Of a stretch of DNA of 64,000 bases, positions 49,801-64,000 are shown piece by piece. The notes below the pieces were generated by a model that was given only the letters and a program-made list of their open reading frames with translations, ran no database searches and was not told the origin of the DNA. The stretch's first letter is position 1. Each line of letters opens with the position of its first letter. This DNA is from Takakia lepidozioides (lineage: Eukaryota > Plantae > Bryophyta): assembly GCA_030704615.1 (NCBI GenBank), contig CM060733.1:65162001-65226000 (forward strand), written 5' to 3'. The position numbers and the translations under genes were made by a program.

Positions 49801-51733
49801 AGTACTCCGGTGGATTCAGGAGGTGGTTGCTGAGATTGGGAGTGATGCTACCCTGGAGCAGCTTACGGAATATGTTCACAAGACCTTGAAAAGTGGAAAG
49901 GTGTGTATGATTATAAAGGAGTGGAACTATTTGCTTAACCTCAGGCAGGCGGGTTGCTTCTTGTTGGTTTGTGAACGTTTGTGTGGATCCACTCCTTTGC
50001 CAACAAGGACATCAACAGTGGGTGTGTATCTGCCTGTCCCTCTATTTTTAATGTTTTCAGCTCTGCAATTGTTCATTTGGAAAATTTAAACCAAGTTACC
50101 TTGACCATGCATATGTAAATTGCTTATGTGTGGATGCCTTGTATGTGAGATGTGCTTGTATGTGAGATAGTTTTGGCATACACATGCTGACCACCTGACA
50201 ATAGTAGTACTCAGTGTTTTAGGCAACATATGACATTCAATGTTTGATGGGGGTTCAATGTTTTCCAGGTGGTCCCTGGGTTTGGACATGCAGTGCTGCG
50301 CAAAACAGATCCCCGATACATGTGCCAGCGTGAATTTGCCCTGAAGCATCTGCCCAATGATCCCTTATTCAAAATTGTACACTCTTCTGCCCAGATTTTC
50401 TTGTTTTGAATGGCATTGAAACATTTCTTAAGATGTGCGTTGGTAGATAGGTTGTCTATAATGTTTGGAGAGCTCTGATCTCACTTGAGAGTATTTTACT
50501 TCTGAGCTTCTGTGTCTACTATTGGGCGTTCTATGTCAGGTTTCCAAATTGTACGAGGTGGTCCCCCCGATCTTGTTGGAGGGTGGCAAGGTGAGTAGCC
50601 TACTAAGTAGCCCCATCATTCATCTTCTCTTTTCCTTGCCTCATGACAATTACAGCATTTTCTTCACCTCTATTCCTGTTTTAGCAGTCAAGAAATCTTT
50701 TCTCAATATTTCTAATTTCTTTGATCCATTGCATTCAGCAATTGCAACTTTAGTGGAGTCTGCTTGAAATACATATTTGATCTCATCACAAGATAAGATG
50801 TAATGTGGTCATGGGGTATTTGTTGAAAGAGAAATGGGATGGATATGGATGCACAGGTGAAGAACCCATGGCCAAATGTTGATGCACACAGCGGTGTTTT
50901 ACTTCACCACTTCGGCTTGAAAGAACAGAAGTGAGAGTTTGTCTGTCTCCAATCATTCTGCCTTGAGAGCTTCCAAGTACTGCATGATAGCCTTTTTCTC
51001 TCCCTGTTAACCATCCCCTTCCCCCCCACTGATGAAGAAGAGAATCACTTTTGGCAGCGACTGGGCTAAGGGAGTGATCTACCACAAAGCCTGATGTGCA
51101 ACCCACAAAAGTCCGAATTCCCCACATGTTTTTGCATGCTATTTTGTTTGAAGGGATTATTTCTGACATACATGCTGTCACTGCCACTTTTCAGACTCGA
51201 TAATTATGTTTGTGTGATAGGGAAGCACTTTGTATGAAAAGTGTACCGTTATGTCACCCTGACCAAAATTCCCTGGCCATTTATTTGCAGCTATTACACA
51301 GTACTGTTTGGAGTGGCTCGCGCATTAGGTGTGCTATCTCAGGTACGTACGCCCATATGTTTTGAGGTGGTTCTTGTGTGTTATTTGTTGGATTTTGAGA
51401 AGAGAGAAGGGTATAGAGAAGACACTAAAGAGGAGACAAAAACATCGGCACCATATATGAGACCACTCAGACAAATCCATTGCTATAGCAGCCTAGACCC
51501 TGCTGCTGATGAGGTACCAGGCTGATTGGTATCAGAATGAAAATCTGGCCCATTCATAGTATGAAAAGTATGATGGATGCTATGCACCCAGTAGTGTCGA
51601 AGAGATGGAAACTAAAATGTTTGTGGATGTGCAGCTCATATGGGATCGGGCGCTGGGGCTTCCAATTGAGAGACCCAAGAGTATGACTTTGGAGGTGATT
51701 GAAAACTACTGCAAGTCAAAGGTCTTACCCTAA
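43805..51733 (+). CDS. CSY: Mitochondrial-type citrate synthase, about 19 exons
   Basis: Exons encode [84 protein letters not shown] and [16 protein letters not shown]. Stop at 51731-51733. The start (MVFISS... at 43805) is inferred. Confidence 0.93.
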
Positions 51734-52272
51734 GTGGAGAAAACTTAGGTTTGCATAGAGGCAATTTTCTGGCTGCATGCAGATGCTGGTAGAGCCACAC
51801 GGGAAGCTCATGCATGATGAAACTTTTGAGCCAATGCACTCTGCTTGGATGTACTACACAAGTAATAATTCCATTTTCTGCAGTGAAGTTACTGGAGAAG
51901 ATGTGCTTTCTTCACATGTTCGGCCATCCATGACCGTTGTGGATTTTTCACTGCTTATATCAAAAATATGCTTGCTAGCGATCAGTAGAAATATAACCAG
52001 TTTTTTTCTAGAACACAAGTCAAAAGATGCAAGACCAGAAACATCTATGATGCCAAAGACATGTCCCAATGATGCCTCCAATCTGAAAGGTGTTGATTAA
52101 GGGACTCATCCAGAACACAATCCACATCAAATATGCCAACTTCCAATACTTTCTGTCTTTCCAAGTCTTTCTGCAAAATATCAAACCTTTGTACTACACA
52201 ATAACATGCACAGTATCCAATTTTCTTCAACAAAATGATCAAATTGGTGGCCTTGATGGGCCTCAAGTACAG

Positions 52273-55200
52273 TTAATTCAGTAATGTCTCCATCTCTCTA
52301 CCAACTTCAGAAATCTTTCCAATCTGTGACTTACATGCAGCATCAACCAGGACTCCCACTTCCAAATCCAACGCCACACTCTTCACCTGCCCTCCATATA
52401 TCTGGTCCATCTTTGTCAAGGTCATGCAACCTCCTCAACAATGGAAGCCCCCCAATAACAAGAGAAAAAATCAGGCACCTGCATGGATTAGAGTTTTGCT
52501 TGCTGTTGCATTGAAGGAAGATGGCCAGTAAGAAAACAATGGCCATTTTGAACCTGGAAAGCTAGCTCCAGAAGTGGCAAACTCAGGATGCTGCAGCCTT
52601 AAGGCAAACTATCCATTGCCTGGTAAAGCTGAGACAGATGGAAGAGACATGCACATGTGGAAAAGGATACAAGAGATGCAACCGATATGAGAGACCGAAA
52701 TTGAACTTCCACATCTTGCTCCTCTGGGCCTGCCATCTGCACCAACCCCTCTCTCCATTTCCTTCAGTTGCATCTCTATGACAGTCCACAGCCATTGCTC
52801 TCTTTCTTATGTTCTAAGCCCCCTCAAGAAAAGCAAGCCTCCATCAAATCTGAAGACTACAATTTACAATAGAGACACCCGACCGCATTTGATCAAATCA
52901 TCCCTGCTACTAGACAATTATAGTTGCTTCTGAGCTCCAGCCCACTTACATCTCACCACTATTCCTATGCCTGACCATAACGAATAGAAACATTGTCTCA
53001 TCCACACGCATGCCGGTCGAGTAGCATAGACAAGCACAAAAATAGCTCAAGACAAGAAAGGCTAACCTCTAAGGCAGCTGAAAGGATCTGGATCTGCCCT
53101 CCCTCATCCTTAGTTTCAAGCAACAGTACAGTATAGCTGCACCAAGCAGGGTAATAAATGCCAGTGTCAAAGGGCTGCCACCGAAGCAACTGTGGACTTC
53201 TGCAGAGAGACAGAGACACACTGTCGCCTTTGATCTTCCTCAGTGGTCTCTATCAGGTAACTTATATTTCATGTATCCACTAAGATTAAGAATCCAGAAT
53301 TATCACCTTGGGACTGCAAAACAGTCCGTTGTCTTGTGCTCATGGAAATGAGCGCTACTCCTAATGCAGGGAAGAAAATTGGTTTCACATGAGAGGACTT
53401 ACTTCAGTACTAAAGTGGCATAGGCAAGCCGAACATTCTTATTTGTGGATGTACAACACTGTGAAAACAGATCCAATATCTACAAACCACCACCACCAGT
53501 CCACAACACTTGCACATAGTTTGGAACTGATTGAGAAAAGAAGCAAGAATGGTTGATAAAAACAAGATAGTTCTGCTCAGACAGACATAGAGGAGGGTAT
53601 ATGGTAGAACGAGGGACAGCCAAAAAGAACTGATACGTCGTCAACACAGAAACTGACCTCACTACGGTGATCAATAGTCCAGTTCCTAAGAGCCGAATGC
53701 TTGAAGCAGTTGGCAACAACACGTGCCCCGGTAAGTAGATTGGCAGCTACAATGGGCTCGCTAGTTGCCCTTCGCAAGGCCTCCATCAACACATCTGCCC
53801 AACCATTGTCCTGTGAGATGCTCTATCTCAACCAATCCAGTGATTGCATTGATTAATGCGACAGGTCTACTAGTCTAAGTCCACTACCACATTTTGGCCT
53901 GGAGTGCAGTCAAGCACAAACAAACAAGGCGTCATCTTTTACAATTTCACATCCTTCCAAAACTCTTTCAAGCGAGAGAACAGCATTTGGGGTCACACGA
54001 GTACCAGTGGAAAAAGGGGGTGGAAGAAAGGAGAATCACCTTTCTCATCGGCAGCATCCTTTGCAAAATAGGCAGCACATTGTGGGTGCAAAAGCATCAT
54101 CTTCAATATGTCCAGGGCTGATCAGCACACCCCACTCCACAATGTAAACTAGGTAAAGCTTGTAATCTTCATGACAAGAACAAAGAACACCAAGGAAATA
54201 TTAGCTTCGTCTTACATGGGTCATATACAGAAAGAGCATGAGAGGAAAAGAGAGATACAGTCATAAAAATGTTGACGCCGTCGACATGCGCCCATAAGTC
54301 AATTTCAGTATCATGTCCACCAATGGCGCACAGGAGTTCCCTCCTCGTGGACCTGGGGTAGCTTCCTGTTTTGCAGTGAGCAGCCTGACCTTTAAGTTTA
54401 AGTCGCAAACTTTGGAATGGCACTTGAGTTACTTGTGGAGAGAGAGACAATACAGAGGGCAAAGGGAGAGGTACAGCACCTGGGATTACCTGGAAATATA
54501 TTTTGTGTTGGCCATTCAAGAATCAAATGTGCAAGTAGCTTGAAGTCGATCTCTGCAAATGAGCTGACATGATAGGAGGAGGTATCCCTTAAAGTTGCAA
54601 GCATAGCCTGCAGCCGTAACATGTCTGCCTCCTGTAATGCTACAGCTTTGTGTGTCTGCACCTCCTCGTACCCAGCCTTTCAATCGACTTTGACCAAGGC
54701 ACTTGGGTCCAGACATAGTAATCAGAAACAAAATTCAATACTAGCTGCATGTAACAATCTACGGCTACTGAACTCAGAGAAGTGCACTTATTTTGAAATA
54801 GATCTCCCACGTGCTGCTTTTCTCTGGGTCTTACGCCAGACAGGACCACTCCCTACCTATCAATACCATGAGGGATAGCCACCTGTTCTACATTTTACTC
54901 TACGGATGTTCTTTAAGGATGGATGGATACCAGAAGAAGATTACCTCCTCAGAGAGTAAGGTGGCATTGAATTCAGCCACTTTTTTGGAGATACCTTCAA
55001 ATTGTGCACTGTCGAACAGCAACATTCCCCTCTGCCAAATAGAAGCATACCAAACCTTCACATATTTCTTCTCACCTCCCTTTAAAGCATCAACAGAGAT
55101 CAAAAGGGCCTCTAGCCTTCAAACCCTTATAACATATGTGTAACAAAAAGGAAAATACCCTTTCATCAAGCAATGGTGGGCTTTGCAAAAGTTATGAACT

Positions 55201-58200
55201 TACCACTAGACAAATGACCCCCCACACTAGAATCAGCTACACCTGCTAATGCTATACTAGATTGCTACACATGCAATTATCCTGATGCCAAGACTAGGAA
55301 TTAATGCTGGGGGTAGGCTTGAAGCTCCTCATGTTCTGAATCAAAACTAACAGCTTCTCAAGGGAAAGCACTTGCCAACCACAACCAGGAATGTCTCCTC
55401 CTGTGTGATGGTGCAACATACAATAGAACCATTCTCATGTGCCCAGACCTTTGGAACATGTTTGAGAACAGGTGTACGCCCTGCGACAGCTGTCCCATTT
55501 GAATCCACTGGTGGTGCTGCATATCACAACTCCTTTCTCAGAGACAGGTGCTGCAAATTGTTTGATCATTCTGCTTTCTACATTAAATAGGCAATACCAG
55601 CAGCACCCAAGTAAACAAGAGCAGGTAAATGAGCGACAGATTTTCAGGTCAAAGACAATATCATAAGGGATAGACTACTTCTAGAGCAGTTTACTGGACC
55701 TGATGATGCATTTTAGGCTAAGAACTGTACGACAAACCAATCACCTTCCCACCCGTACATACTGTTTGGATTCCTCATGAAGCCAGTGGCTAACTGCCTT
55801 AGATTACCAACCAACAAATGCTCCGGTCCACACATTAGGCTATCTGCCCTGGTTGCAGTTAACCAACTACTAGCCATCCTAACACAGCTGTCCTCCACAT
55901 CCTCTCACATTTTTTCTTACTACCCTACACTGCTAATAATTCTGCTCTATCACAGCAGATACATGATTTGAGGCCGAAAGGGCCGTGTTTCAGAGCGAGG
56001 ACCAAGATCGGTCCTTCAAACTGATGAGCTTTCCATGCCTACAATATTTGTTTCGGTAAGCTGACAGGCACCATTAAGTGGAAGAGAAAACGTATAGAAG
56101 AAAGGTAGAAAAAGCAGACCAGGAGTTTGAACTCGGCGCTGTTGTTGGCCTGGCACATAGGCATTTGCTGCATGTCATTTTAGGAATGTGAGGAAAAATG
56201 GAGGTGGTCATTGTCAAAGCCGATAATTCCTTTACCACTTAGATTTTTGGGGACAGAAAGAGAAAGGGAGACAGAAAATAGAAAAAAATGAGAACTCCTT
56301 GACACATGTAATCATGGAGCGTTCCCATTGAGAATGATGATGCAATACTTAAGATGCTACACCCTGCAGCATTGTGGCCATGAGAGCACATGCACAGTTT
56401 AGACACACCACAAATTGGGAGGAGGGAAGAGAGGCGAGCATCAGGGGTAAAACACGGCGAAGACAAAAAGAAAGAGGGAAAAAAAACAAGTTGATAACAT
56501 ACTCCACTGAGAGAAAGAACCCGTGCCAAATACTCTGACAAGACAGAAGACCGTGTACATAATATCTAAGAGAGAGACACAGGGGGATGGGGACACCTAT
56601 GCAAGGAAAACAGACATGCAGGAAGCATAAGCTTGCTCAGAAAAGTTCATTTACACATGAAGAGGAAAGGGAATAGAAGAGGACGAGAATTAAGACTACA
56701 GATTAGACAGAACAGAAAAAATTGATGACTGGATTGAAGACTACGGAGTGGAGACAAAACTGACATAGGACCAGTGCATGGACGAAGAAAGGCAGAGTCA
56801 AGGCAAAGAGGAGCAGCAGACAGGATGTGGTTTGGCAGATATCCAAACACTTGCAGACTAAAACCAGCTGCCAGAATGGGGCAGAATACATAGGTTTGTC
56901 CAGAAGATTTCAAGAGGACTGGTTTGAATAATAGAAACAAGAGCACAAGAGGATTGGAATGGGGACCATGTACAGGGTTAGAAAAGCAGACCGAGACTGA
57001 CAAACTGACGTACCACCAGTGTATGGGTCAACAAAGGCCGGATCAAAGCGAGGAGGGGCAGCAGAGAGGCCGGTGTTCTGCAAAATAAATTCCACCACTT
57101 GTTGCCTATAGGCAGCTGACAGCTCTTCATTTTCCAGCCACAAATCCGCAACATCATATGGATTTTCTGCGCCATCCATCGATCCTTTTATTCCAAACAA
57201 CCACATCCATCACTACATCTCTGCTCTGCTCCCGGCCATTCCTCACAACTTCCAAGATTCTCAGGTAATGTCATGCCCCACTTGCAAAGGTAAAGGACCA
57301 GAGTTTCCAGACGCAAGCCTAAAACTTGAGCATAAACTCCATCATATAGAAGAACGTTGATTTTAATCCTAAATCTCTCTCTTCAATATTTTATCGGCCT
57401 CTGACTGGTGCAGTCTACCGACTGGTTTCTTTCATTGGACCTAAGATACATGCCTAAAATTCCACAGGCAGATTGGTGGAGAAGGTGAATCATTAGGGAC
57501 TTATGTTTCATGGATGTTCCTGCACTGTCCATTTCTTTAAAGGTCAAGAGTACTCTAGGTCAAGAGCCTCCAGATGTTTGTTTCGCAGTTGTTTTATGTT
57601 AAGAACCCCTCCTAGCAGCCCTACTTGAAGCTGGCCATTCCTATTTTATCTTGCTGATAAGTTCTCCCCATCTGTGACAAATTTAGAGCACATGAAGCAA
57701 ACTCATTATGACTAACCCCACCATGAGGAATGCACTTTCTTTCTAGAACCCCAAGTTACAGGCAATATGCATGCGAATGCAGAAAGAGCTTACGTCCACG
57801 GTTGAAAGGCAGCTTTCTGGTAGGCAAACCGTCTCCAATGTCCACATCAAACACTGCACAATGCCCGAGAGTCTTTAATATGCAGTTTCAGTTCAATCCC
57901 TCATGTAGTCAAGCGCTCACTCACCATTTTGTTGAAGGAACCACCAAAAGTGTTAATGATGCAAATAACAAGTGCAGCATTTCAGGCAGCGAGGGGTCGG
58001 AAAATCGCACCATAATCATATGTAACACCATTCAGAGTCTTCTTGTTTAAACTGTCGGATGGCCCATCCACAACCTCTCCAATCTGCATAGAAGCATCAT
58101 TCACCCACAAAACGATGAACAAAAATCTGGGCCTCCCATGTAATCCCTCAACACCACCTAAAACCACTCCGCTGTACAGTTAAGAGGATGCCGACCCTCC

Positions 58201-61200
58201 TGGAGATCCCCTTCATTGATTGCATCCATTATTTAACCCTCCTTTAAGTTGGCTTGCTTCTCGATCTCAACGACATGATACAAACATCAGAACAGTGCCT
58301 ATCCCTCCATCTCAACCTCCAATTATCGTGTTTCTCTATCTCCAAAAGAAATATCATTGGCTAGCTATGGGCATAAAAGCACAATGGTAGTTGAAAACAC
58401 CTGACAACAGAATCCATTTTCAGAGACCACTTGGACTGGTGCAAATAGAAGACATGGGCTCTACCTTATCCCACTTATACTCAGCTTTGTTCCATGAGTA
58501 GGCCACACCACTATCACCCTCCCGAATAATCCTGGTTTGCCCATGTTTGGTACCTGTTCACATCCAGCCCACATTCTTATAAGGCTCCGGAGAACCTGTC
58601 TTCATCCCACCTAAAGTTGAAACTCAAGTCAGGGGAGGAACATCACTGACTAGGAAATGGCAACTGATCTGTCAGGGGGGAGAGAGATACCAGGCTGCTG
58701 AAGGGCCTCAAGACCTGGCAAGTCATCCACCGTCATGCCCCCAACCGTCTTCCTGAGAGCGTCCAGTAAAAAGACATTAACTTTTTGAGATAATCCTCTC
58801 TCTCTCTCTCTTCCACTTTCGAGGCTACGGCAAACAACGTCTTATGAGTACATTCTCTTCCACTTTCTTACCCAACCTGGGTAGTGGCCCCCAACTTAAA
58901 AAGAGGGAGTCTCATGACTTGCTACCATGCCCCCTGGCTGCTATGAAATGAAGGATTTGACAGCCTACATAAAACAATAATAACTGACGTTTGAGACTTC
59001 CGGGTGAGGAGCAAAGATTCATATGCTTGCACTTCCTCAGGCGGGGCACCACGCTGACTATCGCGCGTCCACACGCGAGCCACTCCATCAGAGCACGCAG
59101 TTACCAGGTCACCATTAGGCAGAAACGCCACATCCCAAACACACCCTGGATGCTCAATGCTTTGACAGCATGCCCCTCCTGAGCCATCCAACCAATTGTT
59201 AGAACTGCATTGATTCGCACCCACTCACAAGGGAGCTACTGGATTCTGTCACTTTTCAAACTTGACTGTTACAGAAATGTATAGTGGAAAGTGGTTCAAA
59301 ATACAAAGCACATCCAAGGTGTAGTGGCATATCACATATAACCACAGAAGATTAAACACAGAAAGATTGGAAAGGACTTCTCTCTTGTTCTGTCTCCCGA
59401 ATTACAACAGCATCACAACAGGCTCCATGCATTTGGGTCGCATGAGGCATACACCAGACCACCTCAACCAGACAGTTTCCAGAAGAATGAGGTATCGATG
59501 CTAGTTCTGTTTCAAATTGAGAGCATCCATCAGCATCCTGGCTGATGCCCCAGACATTCAGAATGGAACTTGGGGAATATCAGGGCAGAAGTGCTCTAAT
59601 TAGAGTTCAACCATAAGGCCATATCTCACAGGATCCAACAAAACTTAGAACACGCAAAAGCATACAGGAGTAACCAGAGAGTTACACCTCTCCAAATTTT
59701 AGCGAACCCATCTTCACTGCCAGATGCCACATCACCAGAAGAGTTAACTGCCACAGAGTACACGATGGCTGTGTGGCCAACCATCTCATGCAACTGCTCC
59801 CCTGTCACCGTCCATAATTTCACTGACCTGTGCCATAGCATGGCCCTTTCACCATTTGTCACACAACCTCCTTGCCTGCACTACACCTCCAATCCTTCCT
59901 AGTATAGATTCTATGTTTTGTAGTCTAAATAGTGCTTCCATATCCAACATCACTCCTTGGTGATTGTCCAAATCTAAGAAGATAGTTGAGCCAAAAAGCT
60001 TTCTTAAAGATCTGTCACAACTTCCCTTATCTTCTGCAACAGCAATACACAGCAAGAAGCCCATCACTGCACATGGAATGGCAGCACGTACGAGTCAGGA
60101 CAGCTCCAGAACTCACCCGTCATGGGAGGCAGAGAGAATACCAACATTGGGCCACAATGCCAGGCCACGCACAGTATCTGCACTGCCACATACAAGTTCA
60201 GCACAATCACCGACCTCCATGACAAGACAAGTCACAGACCATACCTTCGCAGTAACAAGCACAGGGTTCTATTTACAATTAACACCTAGGCCATATAGCA
60301 TAAATTGAATCTCACAATTGATCTTATAAAGGCCACCATCTATTATCAATAAAATGTGAGTAAGAGTGAAGATCCTTGATCATTTGCTTCACTTCCCTGA
60401 ATTTGGACAAATCCAGGGGGTGTTTCTACAGAACAACCTAAGGTTGCCTTTGAACACCCATCAGTCCATCAGGCCAAACCCCATCAAGACCAGAACCACT
60501 TCACATTTTAGATCTTGTCAGCCATCTCACAGCAGGCACTCCTGCACTGTAGTGCTGTGACAGGAGCATGTGTGATCAACCCTCGTCCTGTTATACCTAT
60601 TGTGATCCACCAGCAACTTCTCGCACATTTGCTCAACAGTATGTCAAGAAGTCTTAGAAAGAGGCATCATGCTCAACCTGAGTGTCCGGAGAAAGTCTGA
60701 ACACAGGTTGAACCTTTCCAGAGTTTCATAGTTGTATCACTGGAGCCTGTGCAGGTTACCAACACAGCCCATCAGCAAACTCGACTATATGTATACACAC
60801 CATATAGTGCAGGAATACTAGAGTCTGCCAATCTATATGCTTTTACCCCAGTTTGTCCCCTTAATATTAACGCCTGCGATCACCTCGCCTACCTACTTGC
60901 CTCAACAGCTGGGAAACCTATTTCTATCTGACAGCAATAAATGAGCCACAACTAGCTTATTTGGACCCTCCAGCTGTGAATCAGGGGAAACTTGCTTACT
61001 ATGCCACTGGACACCTTAGAAGGCCTACAGAAACGTGCTGTGAATTCACCTCCAGTTGCATCTTCTGCAAGCAGCAATCAAACTGTGACAGGTGCAATGC
61101 TCACCAGTGAGAACAGCACCAAATGGCAATGGTAGCACAGCCTGCACAGGACCCTGGTGACCTTCCAATACCTCCACTGTTTTCCCTTTGTGCCATCTTC

Positions 61201-62729
61201 GCACCGTACTGCATATCAATAGTGAGGTTAGTATTTATGAGAGAGGGACACAGAAGCATCTCCTCACTCAGCATATACTTTCCATCTTTACCCACCTGTC
61301 CGTATACTCAAGGTTCTGCGAAGGCTTCCAGAAATATTAGAACGCGTTCACTTTCCACCTTGTACCAAGGCGCAATTACACAGCATGAATCATGCATCCA
61401 TTGGCAGACAGACCTTGATAAGCAGCACTGAAGTGCTCCAATTTCCCCTCCCATAGCTGCTCTACAAGCAGCTGGCCTAGTATATACGAATCGCACAAGC
61501 CTTTCTGAGCAAAGCAAGCACATCCAAGCCCTCATGGGCTTGTCGACACACAGTCAAGAAAAACAACAGGATAGGAGCAGTGCGCAAAAAGTTGATTCCG
61601 CCCCAGGATAGGGAGTTTCCAGCTGTTGCAGTCATTAGAACCGTGGTGTCACCAATCTCCCAATCCCCTCCAATTTTTATGGAAAGAAGTGAACAGAGGT
61701 GTAAATTGTGAAGTAACCAGAACCAATATTCACATCCCTTGGATGTTTGGAGCAGGTGAAAAACACACAGACGGTGTGCAATCTTTGACCTACTCTTCAA
61801 AAGAGAGGCAGGGGAAAGCTCACTGCAAGTTTTTTGTCATGAGATCGAGCCAACTTACCCGAGGCGCCCTAGCTCACAAAAAGAAGATGGCAGCACTAAC
61901 GAGTGCTTAAGATCTCTAGGGTTTTGAACCCTCTGCCAATGCAAGAACAGTTCTGCATAAGCGGACCACACTGACATATGCCCACCAAGTTTCGGGACAA
62001 AAACCAGCAAGTGATTTGTGAGGAAGAAGGTGAACCTGTCAACGGATGCAGACAGAATATCACCATTGGCATCGACAGCTACACTGGTAACTTGCAATGT
62101 ATGGCCCTTTAAATCTTGAACAACCGATGCCGTGTCCACATTCCAGAGCAGCACGCGTGTATCCATGCCCCCAGACACTAAGCCCCCGCCCGGCAGCTCC
62201 TCAGATGCAGGCAACCAGGCCACCGTACCCACAAAGCTGGTGTGACTTATCATTGTCTTGGTCATGTTGAAGCCTCCGTTCTCACCCTCCAGAGCGTTCC
62301 AAATCCGCACCGAATAGTCCCTCGATCCCGTCGCGATCCCACCATCGCCACAAATGCAGATGCCTCGTACCTGATGCCCGCTATTAATTATCCCTCCATC
62401 AACTTTTTTCTCCCTCTCCTCTCTCTGTCGCTGACCTCTACAGAATTATCGAAAGCCTATTTCAGAACGCTCCAAACGGATAATTGCTAGAAGTTCAGAA
62501 AACTCGATCAAGTCTAAAATGATTAGCAAAGAGTTCCATGGAAGTGTCAATTGCAGAAGGTGGCATGTTATTGCCGACGGCAGTGTCAATGAATGACACG
62601 CAATGGATCAAAAACCCAACAAACTTGAGCCCGCCCATCACTCCAGGAGAATGCAGAAGGAGCACTTACATCTTCCTCGTGGCCAAAAAGCTGGCACCGC
62701 AGCCTGTAGAGCGGTGATTCTTCTCCCAT
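52273..62729 (-). CDS. PLAA: Phospholipase A2-activating protein / DOA1-UFD3 orthologue (WD40-PFU-PUL), multi-exon
   Basis: MGEESPLYRLRCQLFGHEED, then WD40 exons (SGGMDTRV, EHPGCVWD). PFU region NGVTYDY, ENPYDVADLWL...DPYTG, ANAYVPG. PUL exons follow, with probable last exon IGKISEVGREMETLLN*. The 3' exon structure is partly uncertain. Confidence 0.9.
58821..58853 (+). mobile_element. 33-bp extremely 5'-truncated LINE copy with 14-bp TSD in a PLAA intron
   Basis: AGGCTACGGCAAACAACGTCTTATGAGTACA is identical to the LINE 3' end near 30349-30379. Flanked by TCTCTTCCACTTTC at 58807-58820 and 58854-58867. Confidence 0.9.
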
Positions 62730-63145
62730 AGTTGTACACACTCAGCCAGAAAGGAGATCCCGGAGAACAGGTCCAACAGAGCAACGAAAGAAGGAGCAAC
62801 GCTCGCAAGAGAAAAGACCCTGCACCTGCAATTGGGTCACTGCATCACGAGTTTCATTACATGCTGCGATGGAACTAGAGATGCCAGACACGCATTGCAG
62901 ATGAACACGACACAAGACAAAAGCTTCTTCTGTTGAGCTAATCCTTACTTAGAGCTCAGTAATCTTAAATTAGGGCTTACTAAGTGCGATTTGCAGAGGA
63001 GCTTCCACGGGAATTTTCTTTTCTTTTTCAAGATTACTGATTTGTGAGTTTTACTTTCTTCGTTGATGAAGGCCTTTACTCGGGCCATGGCTCGGTTCAT
63101 TGTTCGCTCTAAAGTAAGACTGTTTCGTTCTCTAGTCAGGTTATT

Positions 63146-63386
63146 GTTCTCTGAGTTATCGTGCATGGTCCACCGTGAGCACATGCCTTATGGCGGCTTT
63201 GGGCAGACAAGGGTTTTAATTTTTTTCCCTCCAATATTTATTTTATTTTATTATAGAACAGGGGACAGTGGCCCTGCTTGTTTTTATTGAAAGATTATTG
63301 AAGGGAAAAAATTAAAACCCTTGTCTGCCCGAGGGCTGCCCATAAGGCATGTTCGCATGGTGGACCATGCCGGATAACTTAAGAAC
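63146..63386. mobile_element. Fold-back / MITE-like element with ~85-bp imperfect inverted arms
   Basis: GTTATCGTGCATGGTCCACC...GGGCAGACAAGGGTTTTAATTTTTTCCCT pairs with AGGGAAAAAATTAAAACCCTTGTCTGCCC...GGTGGACCATGCCGGATAAC. AT-rich centre, no clear TSD. Confidence 0.7.
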
Positions 63387-64000
63387 TGTAGCGAGCAATT
63401 ACCTAAACCAGGTAGCGAAGGATGATACCCCTCCGAGGAGGATACAATATGAAGTGTGGGAGAACACTAAGAAACAATTACTGCAGGAGCATACAATTTC
63501 TAATCCGAGGGCAGTGCGTATGATTGGAACTGTGAAACATAGTGAGTAGGCCGTAACGGCAGCAGAAGCCTCGAGGCTTTGAGATAACGTGACGGGAATG
63601 GAACATAAGGACAAGAACGCTGGGAGGTTGTAGTGAGCGAGGGAGGAAGAAAAAGAGGAAAGGGGTGAAGAGTGGAGGGGAAGAAGATCAGGATGGATCA
63701 TACGGAGACCCAGAAACTATTCTATTTGTGAAAGTGGAGTCTAGTTCCTGCGGAGGGCCTGATGTGCCTCCAATTATTATCAAATCTGTCGAACTCCGGG
63801 GGAGGCCGAAGAGCCTGGCTCTGTGTCCCTGCCAACAATCTGGAATTTTGTCCGCCCAGACACAGGTGAGATCATCAGTGTAGCTACAAAGGATCCCACA
63901 CTTCCCCCACGTTGCTCGAAAGGTATGGAGGAGGCCAGCCTTGCTCTTGGCGACCTCTGCACACAGTAATGCCCATGCCTTCTTAGCTGCCACTATAAGC

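Noticed and set aside
55965-56060. Hammerhead ribozyme (GGCCGAAAGGGCC hairpin and CTGATGAG)
   Set aside because: Core elements are in the wrong order (no stem II plus GAAA after CUGAUGA), and I could not form stems I and III.
63400-64000. Short ORFs at the window end as a possible transposase remnant
   Set aside because: No recognisable motif.

Overview
Eukaryotic nuclear DNA with spliceosomal introns, probably from a non-seed land plant (inferred from the moss-like PLS-DYW PPR and the TE content). All calls were made by eye from motifs; no database searches were run. The left 36 kb is a nest of mobile DNA. It holds the right ends of two CACTA elements (one encoding an FCP1/NIF phosphatase-like domain), a decayed Ty3/gypsy LTR-gag remnant carrying a 734-bp TIR element with a 4-bp TSD, and a large Mutator-like element. 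That element has a GCM-MULE-SWIM transposase, a divergent ParB/Srx-like gene, two ~64-bp-period GGCGCC-centred palindrome arrays and, just beyond its apparent terminus, an intron-containing beta-class N4/N6 DNA-methyltransferase-like gene. A young full-length chromoviral gypsy element is nested inside it. Next is a probable Helentron/Helitron2-like element carrying OSB-PDF-motif/PPR/DYW fragments, a truncated LINE and an intact ORF resembling phage gp2.5-type SSBs. The right 28 kb has four ordinary genes: a PLS-E-DYW PPR editing factor, RPS11, mitochondrial citrate synthase and PLAA/DOA1. The best candidate for an undescribed system is the transposon-borne ParB + DNA-MTase + palindrome-array module. 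In this copy it is decayed and apparently split by an inversion ending at the transposon terminus.
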